Assembly: GCA_051294905.1 (NCBI GenBank)
Contig: CM119372.1
Span: 31,746,001-31,810,000, forward strand
Source of the DNA: Botryllus schlosseri
Taxonomy: Eukaryota
Direction: 5' to 3'
DNA length: 64,000 bases
Shown here: positions 48,241-58,278 of the stretch, piece by piece
How positions within the stretch are numbered: position 1 is the first letter of the stretch
Layout of the letters: each line of letters starts with the position of its first letter
The notes under the pieces: model-generated
Told to the model about the DNA's origin: nothing
Database searches by the model: none
Seen by the model: the letters and a program-made list of their open reading frames with translations, nothing else
Position numbers and translations under genes: made by a program

Positions 48241-49964
48241 GTGAGATGTCGAGACGTAATACTATTTCCGTACACTCAATTACAACAAAACATAACCTGC
48301 ATTCAAATAAGCCGTAAGCTACAAGTGGATTTAAAACTTGATGCTGTTTTGTGGTTGACTCAAGTCAGTAGTCATGTTGGTGTTGATTTCGGGAATGATC
48401 ATGACGAGTTGGTCGGGTAAATTAGGTAATGTGGTTGTAACTATAACCGTAAAGAGATGCTGACATCCCAATATCTTTTACGCTGTCGTATATGGATTCA
48501 ATTGTGATAATTTAATTCTCAGTTATTGTTCTGACACTCAAATCTCGTATACTCAAAATATAATATGCCCAAGTCAAATCGTATATGCACCGATTAGTAA
48601 ATACTCTGTCTTACAGAATAGTATAACGACCTTTACAGTTGGATAAAAATTATCGGTCCTATGAATACAACCAGATGAATTAATTCAAGTTTGCGAGTTG
48701 TACTGATATAGCCAAGTAAGTGAAAACTAGATTTTAAACACTTGTTAATGTTGTGAATAATTCTTTTGAGTATGGTAAGATGTTAAAATGTCTCTTTGAC
48801 AAACGGAAAGCTGGATCGGGAATAGAGTTGTAATGTTACATTACTTGTTTCAAATCAATGTGTGTATAATATCGAAACGGGACTGTGGGGAAGTTGCTAG
48901 TCATGTTTGTCAATCCTATTTCAATGCACACTACGCCAAAGTCAAAATAATCGGTTTCGGATTAGGATTTTACAATTATTTCACACCTTTTTGAATAAGC
49001 GTCAACTTCACAGAGGATTAGGGTTGGGTCAGAAATAAGTGAAAATTTGTCGGTATTCGAATCACCGGCTACGCCGGTTCTATGGTAAACTAATTACTAA
49101 AGTAACACCATGCGACTGATTACTAGATTTAGCAAACTATTTCGCACTGACTGGATTAGTGTAATAATCGATACGATAGTCCAGTATACTGTAGCACGAA
49201 ACAGCTGCACAGGAAAAAATTCAGCGCGCAGGTCATTCGAAATATAGGGCGCGCGCGTAATCCTCACAACAAGCCGTGTTCGCAAAACGGATGTAGTTAG
49301 AGGGTCGCACATATCAAAACGCAAGCGCAAACATCTGTTTTTCAAAATCACACAATGTACTGCGGTTTAGTGAATTTCCCGTCGGAAATAAGTGACAATT
49401 TGTTGCTATTCAAGTTACCCACACTGATGGTTCTGATAGTCAGTATTTATTAAATCTTACCAGTGAAATCTAGTTCTGTGACAAACTGATTACTAAAATT
49501 TCACCGCGTGAGCGATCGGTATGGCTATGACACCAAGTCGTGAAAGATGGGTATGTCCGAGACATTATCTTGTCAGTGATCGCGGGGTTTTGCAAACTAT
49601 TTCACACCTTTTTGAATAAGCGTTAACTTCACAAAGGATTACGGCTAGAACAGAAATAAGTGACAATTTGTTGGTATTCAAGTCTCGCCGGTGATGTATC
49701 TGTTATTCGGCACTTATTACACTTATCATGAAATTAGAGTGAGAACATAAAGCATCAAGTTGTTGTTTTCGAATTTTGATGTCGAGGTGATAAATTTACG
49801 CATTCAATTACAATTCAACTTCGGTTGTGTGTTGAGTGATAGATCGATATGCCTGAAGTGGTATCTTGTGAGCGATCGTAGGATTTTACAAATATTTCAC
49901 ATCTTTTTGAAGTGTTAGTTTGCGAACGCGACTATTGTTGATATTCGAATCGCCGTCTGTCGCA

Positions 49965-50539
49965 CGCACTGCTTAATCCTCTTGCAAGCCACGTTTCCGT
50001 TTGTGCGGTTATTGTTGGTGACTATTCAACACCACGCGAGAGATGGTTGAAAGTGCGAATCACGACCGCACCCATAAGAACACATGGCGCATCACCGCAG
50101 ATCCCGTAAGAATACACGACAGGCGAATCACCGCCACCGCCTATAGCAAAAAAGGCGAATCACGACCACGAGTTTTCAATACGAGTCACCGCCACAGCCT
50201 ATACCTGAAAGTACGAATCACGACCACGAGTTTTCAATACGAGTCACCGCCGCAGCCTGTACCCGAAAAGGTAACCATGCCACCGCAGCCATAAGACACA
50301 ATGGCACCATGCCACCGCCTATAGCAAAAAAGGCGAGTCACCACCCCGGGTTTTCAGGCGCGTCACCGCCGCAGCCTATACCCGAAAAGGCGAATCACGA
50401 CCGCACCCATAAGAACACATGGCGCATCACCGCCGCAAGGGGGGTCTAAAAAGGCGCATCACCACCCCCGGTTTTCAGGCGCGTCACCACCCCGCCCATA
50501 AGAGCCCCTGCCACATCACGAGCGATCTATACTACTACT
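49965..50539 (-). repeat. Right terminal inverted repeat (about 575 bp) with extra iteron units
   Basis: Matches the left TIR, plus about 180 bp of additional repeat units near 50120-50310. Confidence 0.95.
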
Positions 50540-51992
50540 ATCGGGGCCAGTCATTTAGGCGCCTATATGGACAAATAAATCTATATGTATTTTGTATATA
50601 TAACGAAGCTTTTGGTATTTCGAAGTTTTTGGTCAGCATAAAAGCAGTCCTTTACGGCCAAGGCTTTCTCGCAGGCGATCGTTCACACTTCTTGGAGTCA
50701 CATGTTACATGGCCTAAAACTTTATATGTCTTGGTGCGTTGTGGTGCGGTCATGGCCAACGCTGATATGTCCATTTCTATAAATCTTGCGTGTTTTTTCT
50801 TGGGGAGAGTACCCAATAATCAAGATATGCGGCGAATTGAAATCGCGCCCAGCGCGAAAATTTTTTGAAGAAGTTGCATAAATTTCCAAAAAATATTCTA
50901 TAATTTATGCCAATTCACGAAATAATTTTGGGCCCCCTTCGAGCTCGGCCCCCTAAATTGGGGGGTTCGGGGTGCGGCATTTACGGCCCTGAATATAGGA
51001 CTACCAATTATGCTGCTTTTAGCCGACTAAGCAGTATGCATCTCGGCGTATTCAACCGTGAATCACGTGATGCACATCAATAGTTATCATAGGGTTACCA
51101 TACGTCCTCTTTTAAGATGATTTGTCCTCTTTTTTGATTGTTTTTAAAGTGTCTTCGGAGGTCGCCCAAATGTTTTATTTTTTGAGATTTTGTCTTCTTT
51201 TTTGAGGATTTTGGTTACATATAGGGCCAAATTCGACTGATATACATTAAGTCAGCACTGTAGGAACACTACGGTGGCTATTTCGTAGCTGGACCGGGAA
51301 GTTTTTTTTTCAATGTTAAGGAAAAACTGTATTTTCCGGGAGTTGAGCCTCTTTTTCTTTTTTAGTCAAGCGACCACGAGGGAGAGATTTTCCTCCGGTT
51401 TTGTAAGTTATCAATACCTATTTATATCTATAGCTACTGCTCGTTCAACTGGAAAATTGGGGCACATTGCATTGAAACAGCAGTGGCACAATGTTAGCAG
51501 TATATACTAACAACTTTCCTGCAATTCTATAATTAAAAACCACAGAGGTCAAGTCAAGCAAGAGTATTTTATAAATATATATTTTATTTTTGTCAATAAT
51601 CGATTTCCTAATATATTTTGGGGGCCGCAAGAAGGCTCTCTGGGGGCCGCACTTGGGAATCACTGGTTTACAGAATATGAAACCTCAGCAGTGGTAAAAC
51701 AAATTGATATGGTGCAATACACAATACACCCACACATCAGCGCGATACAATGCAAGCCTGCACCAAGTGTGGACGGGTATTATAAAATAAATAAGTATAT
51801 CCATCCGATTTAAATCATACAAGAAGATCGATCAGAGGAGAACCGAGTAGTCTATAAAACAGAAATACACTGCTATGAATAGATCACTTCGAGTATACAT
51901 CAACGAAGCACTAATCACTTCGTTTGCGGTAAATATATTTTTGACATACCGACGGGGCTCAGTAAAACCAGACTGCGCGAAATCGTCTAATA

Positions 51993-52356
51993 CAGTGGTT
52001 CCCAACCTTTTCCGACTCATCGCCCCTTCACACCGATCATCGCCCCTCAAATATTGGGAACCGAAAATGGGCATGCAAACTGTAATCACCGGTGAGTTTA
52101 CTAAAAAAAAGATCAACTTATCGGCTCGACCTCGAAATTACACTTTTACAGCTAAATTTTCGTGAGTTGACGAAAAAAAGATCATTTCTGCAACTTGACT
52201 CCAATTTAGCTGTTTTGACGCGCCATCGCCTCCATATCGCCCCTTCGTCAGTTTTCGCCCCCCCCCCCCTATCGCCCCTTCGTTATTTTCGCCCCCCCCC
52301 CCTAGAGCGTCAAATCGCCACATGGGGAGCAATATCGCTCACGTTAGGAACCTCTG
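51993..52356. mobile_element. hAT MITE with ATCGCCCC repeats
   Basis: CAGTGGTTCCCAAC / GTTAGGAACCTCTG; TSD GTCTAATA vs GTCTAATG. Confidence 0.8.
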
Positions 52357-54040
52357 GTCTAATGGCTGGATGCTCACAAATGTCATATCAGCGTAGCCAG
52401 TTAGCGACTTAGTCGACACTGATTAAATGATAACTTGAAATCGACTCGAAAATACTGTTTTCATTCACGAGCCGTATGTTGGCCGTCCCCGATATAGATG
52501 GTAGGATATGAAACCTCAGAAAGTTGAAACAACTTGATATGACGCAATATGCAACCCACCTACACATCAATACGATACAATTTAGGCCTGAACCAATTTT
52601 GACGCCTAATAGTGGAAGCCTAATATAAATGTATAAACCAGTGGTACTTAACGGATCTTCCATGGAACACTACGGGTTTCATTAGCCAGTTTCAGGGGTT
52701 CCGTGGGGGAAAAGACACACACTCAACATTTACGGACGTACTGGTCAGGGCGGAGCCGATCGACAAATTCTTTGGTTCTACTCCGATCCTGTTTTTTAAC
52801 GCTCTGGTCCGACACCGGTCCGATTCCTAGGCCGGGTTATAGAAATGACCGTGATCCGGTCCGAAAAACTCCGATAATAATTATCTACTCACAGAATAGA
52901 ATTGAATATGGATTGAAACAAAGCAAACAGGAAATTAAAAACTCATAGATCAAGCCCAACCCTTATCCGAAGTAATTATGCCAACTTTGACTTAGCGTGT
53001 GGTTTATTTTCATGAACGTTTCACTTCAACTATTGATTCGAGGGTGGAAGGGGGTAAGGCGGTCGTATTCTAAGTAAAAAGTACTATCCAGGCTCCAATC
53101 CGACTCCATCCTTATCAGAAAAAGTACTAATCCGGCCTTGAACCGGCTTCGGCTAAAAATGAGAAAATTAGACCGGATATGCAATCCAGCTCAGGTCCAT
53201 GCTCCGCACTAGTACGGGTACTGTGACTTATTCGATACCGACTACTTGGTGACTTGAAATTGACTCGGAACTTTTGCCTCGAGTCACGAGTCAATCCATA
53301 TTTTTAAAATGACCAGTCTACTCAAGTCAAGTCCAATGTTTCCAAGTGACTCGAGTCAGGTCAAGTAATCCGAGAAAATTGACCCGAGGTAAGTCATGAC
53401 TTGATTCGTCCCAACACTGTCGTCCATGCTAGTACAAGGACCAATGCGGATCCATATTTTTGAAAACAAACGTAATTGTAGATGTGTTTTCTATATCAAC
53501 GCAACTTAGTTCCGCATAAAGTTGAGTTGATGTCGTTGGCTGTCTACCATTTTTTTTAATATTTACGGTGTTTCGACTACAATGGTCATTTTACACCAGG
53601 CCGATAGCCTTTATTTTTTTTCCGTATTTACCGATTTGTAGCACGGCCCACTTTTAGGCTTTTCATATGACACCGCTTACGCGGATGACCAGGGTTGTAA
53701 CCAAGTCACAAGGTTTTGAGTCACAAGTCAATCTCACTTTTCTAGTTTTGACTCGAGTCAAGCCGAGTCATATTCAATTCCCCACGAGTCAAGTCTGAGT
53801 CCAAGTCAGCTAGCAGAGGGTCGAGTCCGAGTCATGGTGTTTTCACTCGAGTACGAGTCCCAGTCCTTATGTTGACTGTTCAGTTTTCAGTTCAATCCTT
53901 TTTTCAACTCGCATTCATAATATAGTCATTTTTGTCAGTCTTAACAGTTTTTCGGCCTATTTTCCAGGTATCTGGACTGATAGACGAAATCCCATAATGC
54001 GTTAACTTTACTATTCTTCGAAGTTACAATGAAATGTCTG

Positions 54041-54288
54041 TGTGGCCGTTCTGTCTTTGTTCCTATTATAATCTATATACCTCACAGAAGATGATGCCAC
54101 TGTCTTTCAGGTTCGAGACTGAAATGAGAGGTTCCACCGAATGCGAACTCACAGTATGTATTTCACAAAAGCAGCAGTAAAGTACCAAAGCCAGCGCAGC
54201 AGAAGACGAATAATTCTAGTTCCTCATTTTCCCGCCGGCGTGCTCTCCTAACCGGAGATCACCCAGCCTCTGGATCCGAGCGGTTACA
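54041..54288 (-). repeat. 3' LTR
   Basis: Direct repeat of 59814-60061. Confidence 0.95.
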
Positions 54289-54301
54289 CCTCTCCCCTCC
54301 C
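54289..54301 (-). other. Polypurine tract
   Basis: GGGAGGGGAGAGG on the minus strand abutting the 3' LTR. Confidence 0.9.
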
Positions 54302-54410
54302 TAATTGAGTGAGCTAGGAGGAAAAAGATCACTCACAAGCGGCAAGGCCGTGCAAAAATAAATAAAAATGACAAAACGTACAAAAAAGGCAATCACATGA
54401 AGTAACAAGA

Positions 54411-57400
54411 TCAATTGAAGTCAGTTACATAGTCGTTTAAATATGCAGGTCGAATACGATTACGTCTGGGCATGACATTCATTTCACAGTTTGAAGGTAT
54501 GACAACAGTTTCAGAATTCAAGGACTCTGCGGGTGACTGACTGGGTAAGTCCTCTTCACCCTCAACAATATAAGGATGGAGATTATCAACATGGGTTATG
54601 CGAAATTTGCTGGTGTCAACATTTTGAATACGATACACAAAATTTTCCAATTTCTCGACAACTCGCCAGGGACCATTCCAGCCAGAGGACAATTTCCTAT
54701 GCTTAGGCGGGTAATAAAACCAAACGTAAGAGCCAACTTCAAATTCGTGCGATTCAACATAACGATTAAAATATGTTTTCTGTTTCACAGCAGATCTACG
54801 CAATTTCTCACGTGCAAATTTAAACGCATCAACACTGGCCGCAGAAAACCATTCAACATAGTCAGTGTAACATTTGCGCGGCGTGCATTTCGGAGGTCTA
54901 CCATAAACAATATCACTCGGCAAGGAAACTTCACGACCAAGAAATAACTTATTAGGAGTGTATCCAGTGGAATCATGAACACTTGAACGATAAGCTTGCA
55001 GTAAATATGGCAAATGAACATCCCAATCAGATCTACTCTCATTGACATAACTGGTCAACATCTGCAAAATGGACCTATTATTTCTCTCAGTTAACCCATC
55101 AGATTGGGGTCGAAAAGTTGTAGTTCTAGTCTTGAAAATTTCATACAATTCACACATCTCTTGAAATAACCTGGATTCAAATTGCACTCCATGATCAGTG
55201 TGTATAATATTCGGTGCGCCAAACTTACAAAAAAATTCTGTCACAAGAATATCGGCTGCTGATGCAGCCAGAAGGTCCTTCATTGGGTACGCTTCAACCC
55301 ACTTAGTAAAATAATCAGTAACCACCATCAGGTATTTATTGCCCAGTTCAGTAGATGGCATAGGACCCACAAAATCAAGAGAAATCCTATCTAAGGGTTC
55401 AGAGCAAAGCATCTTTACCAATTTGGCACGCTTTTTTCCATGTCCAGTTTTACTTGATGTGCAAGGTTTGCAAAATTTTACCCAGTTACTGACATCTTGC
55501 TTCATGCCAGGCCAATAAAAGCGTTCTCTCAATTTAGCATAAGTTTTGTCCCGCCCCAAATGGCCACCTGTTCGCAAGGTATGATATTCGGTAAATAGTT
55601 TCCTACGCAACGACATGGGCATAACAATTTGAAAAGTTGAATCACAGCCGGGATTAACTTGCAAATATTCACGATACAAAACACCATTACGCAAAGATAA
55701 AAACTTCCAATGAGAACACAAGACTCTGACCATGTGAGAATGCAGTAGCAACTCTTTGGAAGAAGGTTTACCACTGGCAGATTCCTTCAATGATATTACC
55801 GTCCCAATGTCCGAGTCGACCATCTGCAAATCGCGCAACTCTTCATTGGACAAAGTATGCAACCAGTTAGGCGCAGGCGAAGGTCGATCAACAGAGTTTG
55901 TAACGGAGTCGGTGCCCGCACTAACGGGAGCAACAATTGCATGACAAACAGAATCATGTTCATTACAGTTCAGACATTCTGCACGGCTACACTTCCTTCT
56001 GTAACGCCGAGACATCCCATCAGCATTTCCATGCTTTTTTCCTTCTCGATGCTCAACGTCATATTCAAAGCTACTCAGGTACGTTATCCATCGAGCAACA
56101 ACCCCGCTCGGGTCTTTGAAATTTAGAAGCCAACGCAACGAGGAATGGTCAGTACGTAACACAAATTTCCTCCCATATAGATAGTGGCGAAAATGCTCCA
56201 TCGCCCACCGAACAGCGAATAGCTCTCTGTATGTCGCGCAATAGTTCTTCTGCTCCTTGCTTAACGCTTTACTGGCATATCCAATCACTTTCTCTTCACC
56301 ATCTTGCAATTGAGACAACACGGCTCCGGCAGCAAACCCGCTGCAATCAGTGTCCAAAATAAACGTACCACCATCCCGTTGAGGATATGATAAAATCGGA
56401 GTCGAGGTAAGGACTTTTTTCAACTCATCAAAAGCAGCCTGACATTTGTCCGTCCAAGTGAACTTCACACCTTTTCTCATCAGGTCCGTCAATGGACTGG
56501 CAATAGAAGCGAATGAAGGAACAAATTTACGATAATATGTTGCGGTCCCAAGGAAGCTTTGCAACTCCTTCAGTTTTGTAGGGACTGGCCAGTCTCGTAC
56601 CACAGCAGTCTTATTTTCGTCACACTTTACACCATCAGCTGATATAACATGACCCAAGTATTCGACTTGGCGTCGAAACAGTTTACATTTCTTCGGCTTG
56701 AACTTCATCCCAGCACGACGTATCCGTGAAAAGACGCCACGGAGATTTTCCAATTCACAATCAAAATCATTACTATAAACCATCACATCGTCCACAAAAA
56801 CAAGTGTAGTTTTCCACAAAACGTCTCGAAGAATATTCTCCATCAAGCGTTCGAAAAGGGCCGGAGAATTTGACATACCCATAGGCAGAACTTTGAATTG
56901 ATAGTGATTTCGACCAGGCAAGGAAAACGCGGTTTTATAGCGATCTGCTTCCTCTATTTCCACTTGAAAAAATCCACTATCCAAGTCTAAACAACTGAAC
57001 CCAGATGCTCCACCCAATGAATCCAGTATATCGTCAATCCTGGGAAGGCTGTACGCATCCTTCACAGTAACAGAGTTCAGTTGGCGATAGTCCAAAACGA
57101 GGCGATGTGAAACACCATCCTTCTTGGGTATCAAAATCAATGGGGCATTATAAGGAGAATTCGATTCTTCAATCACATCTTGCTCAAGCAATTTGTCAAA
57201 TTCTTTGTTTGCAGCGTCCCACTTCGCCCAGCCAAGCCTACGAGGAGGTATTTTCACAGGTTCCAATTTAGTAGTCTGGATGCGGTGCTTAATGGCATCA
57301 GTTCGACCAAGCTTTCCACCTGGTACCGTAAATACATCTTGAAACTCACGTAACAGTTCTTCAACTTTTACCCTCTTAGCGACAGTTATATCATCAATAT

Positions 57401-57464
57401 CATCAAGCATGGCCTGCAATGGCCCAGGTAACGGTGTAAGTACTCCACCAGAACCCTCCTTCAT
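54411..57464 (-). CDS. pol: Gypsy Pol: reverse transcriptase, RNase H, integrase
   Basis: LDYRQLN, LPMGM, FVDD; DTDCS...ELFAV...TDH; HHCC (H..GGH...CKPC), DFVGP/TDHG/ER DDE triad, and GPW. Confidence 0.95.
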   Translation of the reverse strand: MKEGSGGVLTPLPGPLQAMLDDIDDITVAKRVKVEELLREFQDVFTVPGGKLGRTDAIKHRIQTTKLEPVKIPPRRLGWAKWDAANKEFDKLLEQDVIEESNSPYNAPLILIPKKDGVSHRLVLDYRQLNSVTVKDAYSLPRIDDILDSLGGASGFSCLDLDSGFFQVEIEEADRYKTAFSLPGRNHYQFKVLPMGMSNSPALFERLMENILRDVLWKTTLVFVDDVMVYSNDFDCELENLRGVFSRIRRAGMKFKPKKCKLFRRQVEYLGHVISADGVKCDENKTAVVRDWPVPTKLKELQSFLGTATYYRKFVPSFASIASPLTDLMRKGVKFTWTDKCQAAFDELKKVLTSTPILSYPQRDGGTFILDTDCSGFAAGAVLSQLQDGEEKVIGYASKALSKEQKNYCATYRELFAVRWAMEHFRHYLYGRKFVLRTDHSSLRWLLNFKDPSGVVARWITYLSSFEYDVEHREGKKHGNADGMSRRYRRKCSRAECLNCNEHDSVCHAIVAPVSAGTDSVTNSVDRPSPAPNWLHTLSNEELRDLQMVDSDIGTVISLKESASGKPSSKELLLHSHMVRVLCSHWKFLSLRNGVLYREYLQVNPGCDSTFQIVMPMSLRRKLFTEYHTLRTGGHLGRDKTYAKLRERFYWPGMKQDVSNWVKFCKPCTSSKTGHGKKRAKLVKMLCSEPLDRISLDFVGPMPSTELGNKYLMVVTDYFTKWVEAYPMKDLLAASAADILVTEFFCKFGAPNIIHTDHGVQFESRLFQEMCELYEIFKTRTTTFRPQSDGLTERNNRSILQMLTSYVNESRSDWDVHLPYLLQAYRSSVHDSTGYTPNKLFLGREVSLPSDIVYGRPPKCTPRKCYTDYVEWFSAASVDAFKFAREKLRRSAVKQKTYFNRYVESHEFEVGSYVWFYYPPKHRKLSSGWNGPWRVVEKLENFVYRIQNVDTSKFRITHVDNLHPYIVEGEEDLPSQSPAESLNSETVVIPSNCEMNVMPRRNRIRPAYLNDYVTDFN

Positions 57465-58278
57465 TCACGTTTTTCATCATTTCCTCATCGCCAGTAATTG
57501 AAGAGACCATTTGCACGGAACCACTATCATCTGGACGCATCAAGGCAATCAAGCAGGAGTCAGGAATAACAACATCCTCTTCCGATAAATTCGCCAATAA
57601 CAATGGCACTTTTGCGCAATCTGGGTTCACAATACCAGAAGAAAGAAACACACCTCGAGCACCAAATTCAGAAACAAAAGAGCCAACTGGGTCAACCACA
57701 GCTGTCACATTACAGTCATTTTCAGTCCAAGGACAAGAAATATTGCCCCAAATCAATTTCTCACTCCTTTTCGGTATCACGTATGATTGTTGGGTACTAA
57801 TACGACAACATACAATCTTTCGATTGGGCTTAACAATGGGCACCATTTTGCCAGCAACACTTATACACTCGTCTCTCGCGTACAATACACCATCAAAATC
57901 ACGAAGAGCATCAAGGCCCAAAATACCAACAGGAGTGCCGAGTTTAGCAACGTTAACAGCCATTTCTTTACACACATCATTAATACATAGCTTCAAGCAC
58001 AATCTACCAACAACGTCTAGCTTGTAGCCATTTGCCACAGTAAAGTCCCTCGTAATGGGCTCCAACATATTCCAAGAATAACCCAAAATATCAAAAAGTT
58101 CGACGCTAATAAACGTTTCGGGACTACCACTATCAATCAAAAACTGGAAAAAATAACCATCAACACCGATACTCGCATACCAGTTTACCTTTAAATCAAG
58201 CGCACAAATCAACTTCTCCAAGTCAGGGGCATACCAGTCAGGTGCCAATTGTTGGTCACCTATCGTCTCTCTAAAAAA
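57403..58278 (-). CDS. Gypsy aspartic protease region (entered by -1 frameshift)
   Basis: FLIDSGS and ILGLD motifs; slippery T TTT TTA at 58272-58278, in phase with the gag end. Confidence 0.85.
   Translation of the reverse strand, partial: FFRETIGDQQLAPDWYAPDLEKLICALDLKVNWYASIGVDGYFFQFLIDSGSPETFISVELFDILGYSWNMLEPITRDFTVANGYKLDVVGRLCLKLCINDVCKEMAVNVAKLGTPVGILGLDALRDFDGVLYARDECISVAGKMVPIVKPNRKIVCCRISTQQSYVIPKRSEKLIWGNISCPWTENDCNVTAVVDPVGSFVSEFGARGVFLSSGIVNPDCAKVPLLLANLSEEDVVIPDSCLIALMRPDDSGSVQMVSSITGDEEMMKNVNEGGFWWSTYTVTWAIAGHA

Larger units (their letters stand above)
19643..50539. mobile_element. 30.9-kb non-autonomous element with Polinton/Maverick-type termini and fold-back architecture
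   Basis: Ends are AGTAGTAGTATAGATCGCTCGTG... and ...CACGAGCGATCTATACTACTACT, with 6-bp TSD ATCGGG at 19637-19642 and 50540-50545 and long TIRs. No pPolB, integrase, ATPase or capsid ORF was recognised. Confidence 0.85.
18732..51665. mobile_element. Host non-autonomous hAT element (about 2 kb when empty) split by the 30.9-kb element
   Basis: TIR CAGTGGTTCCCAA / TTGGGAATCACTG; TSD GTTTACAG at 18724-18731 and 51666-51673. The joined flanks are colinear with the uninterrupted relative at about 8150-8870. Confidence 0.85.

Noticed and set aside
50419..50868. 149-aa ORF
   Set aside because: Crosses the TIR/TSD junction into the host MITE; chance frame.
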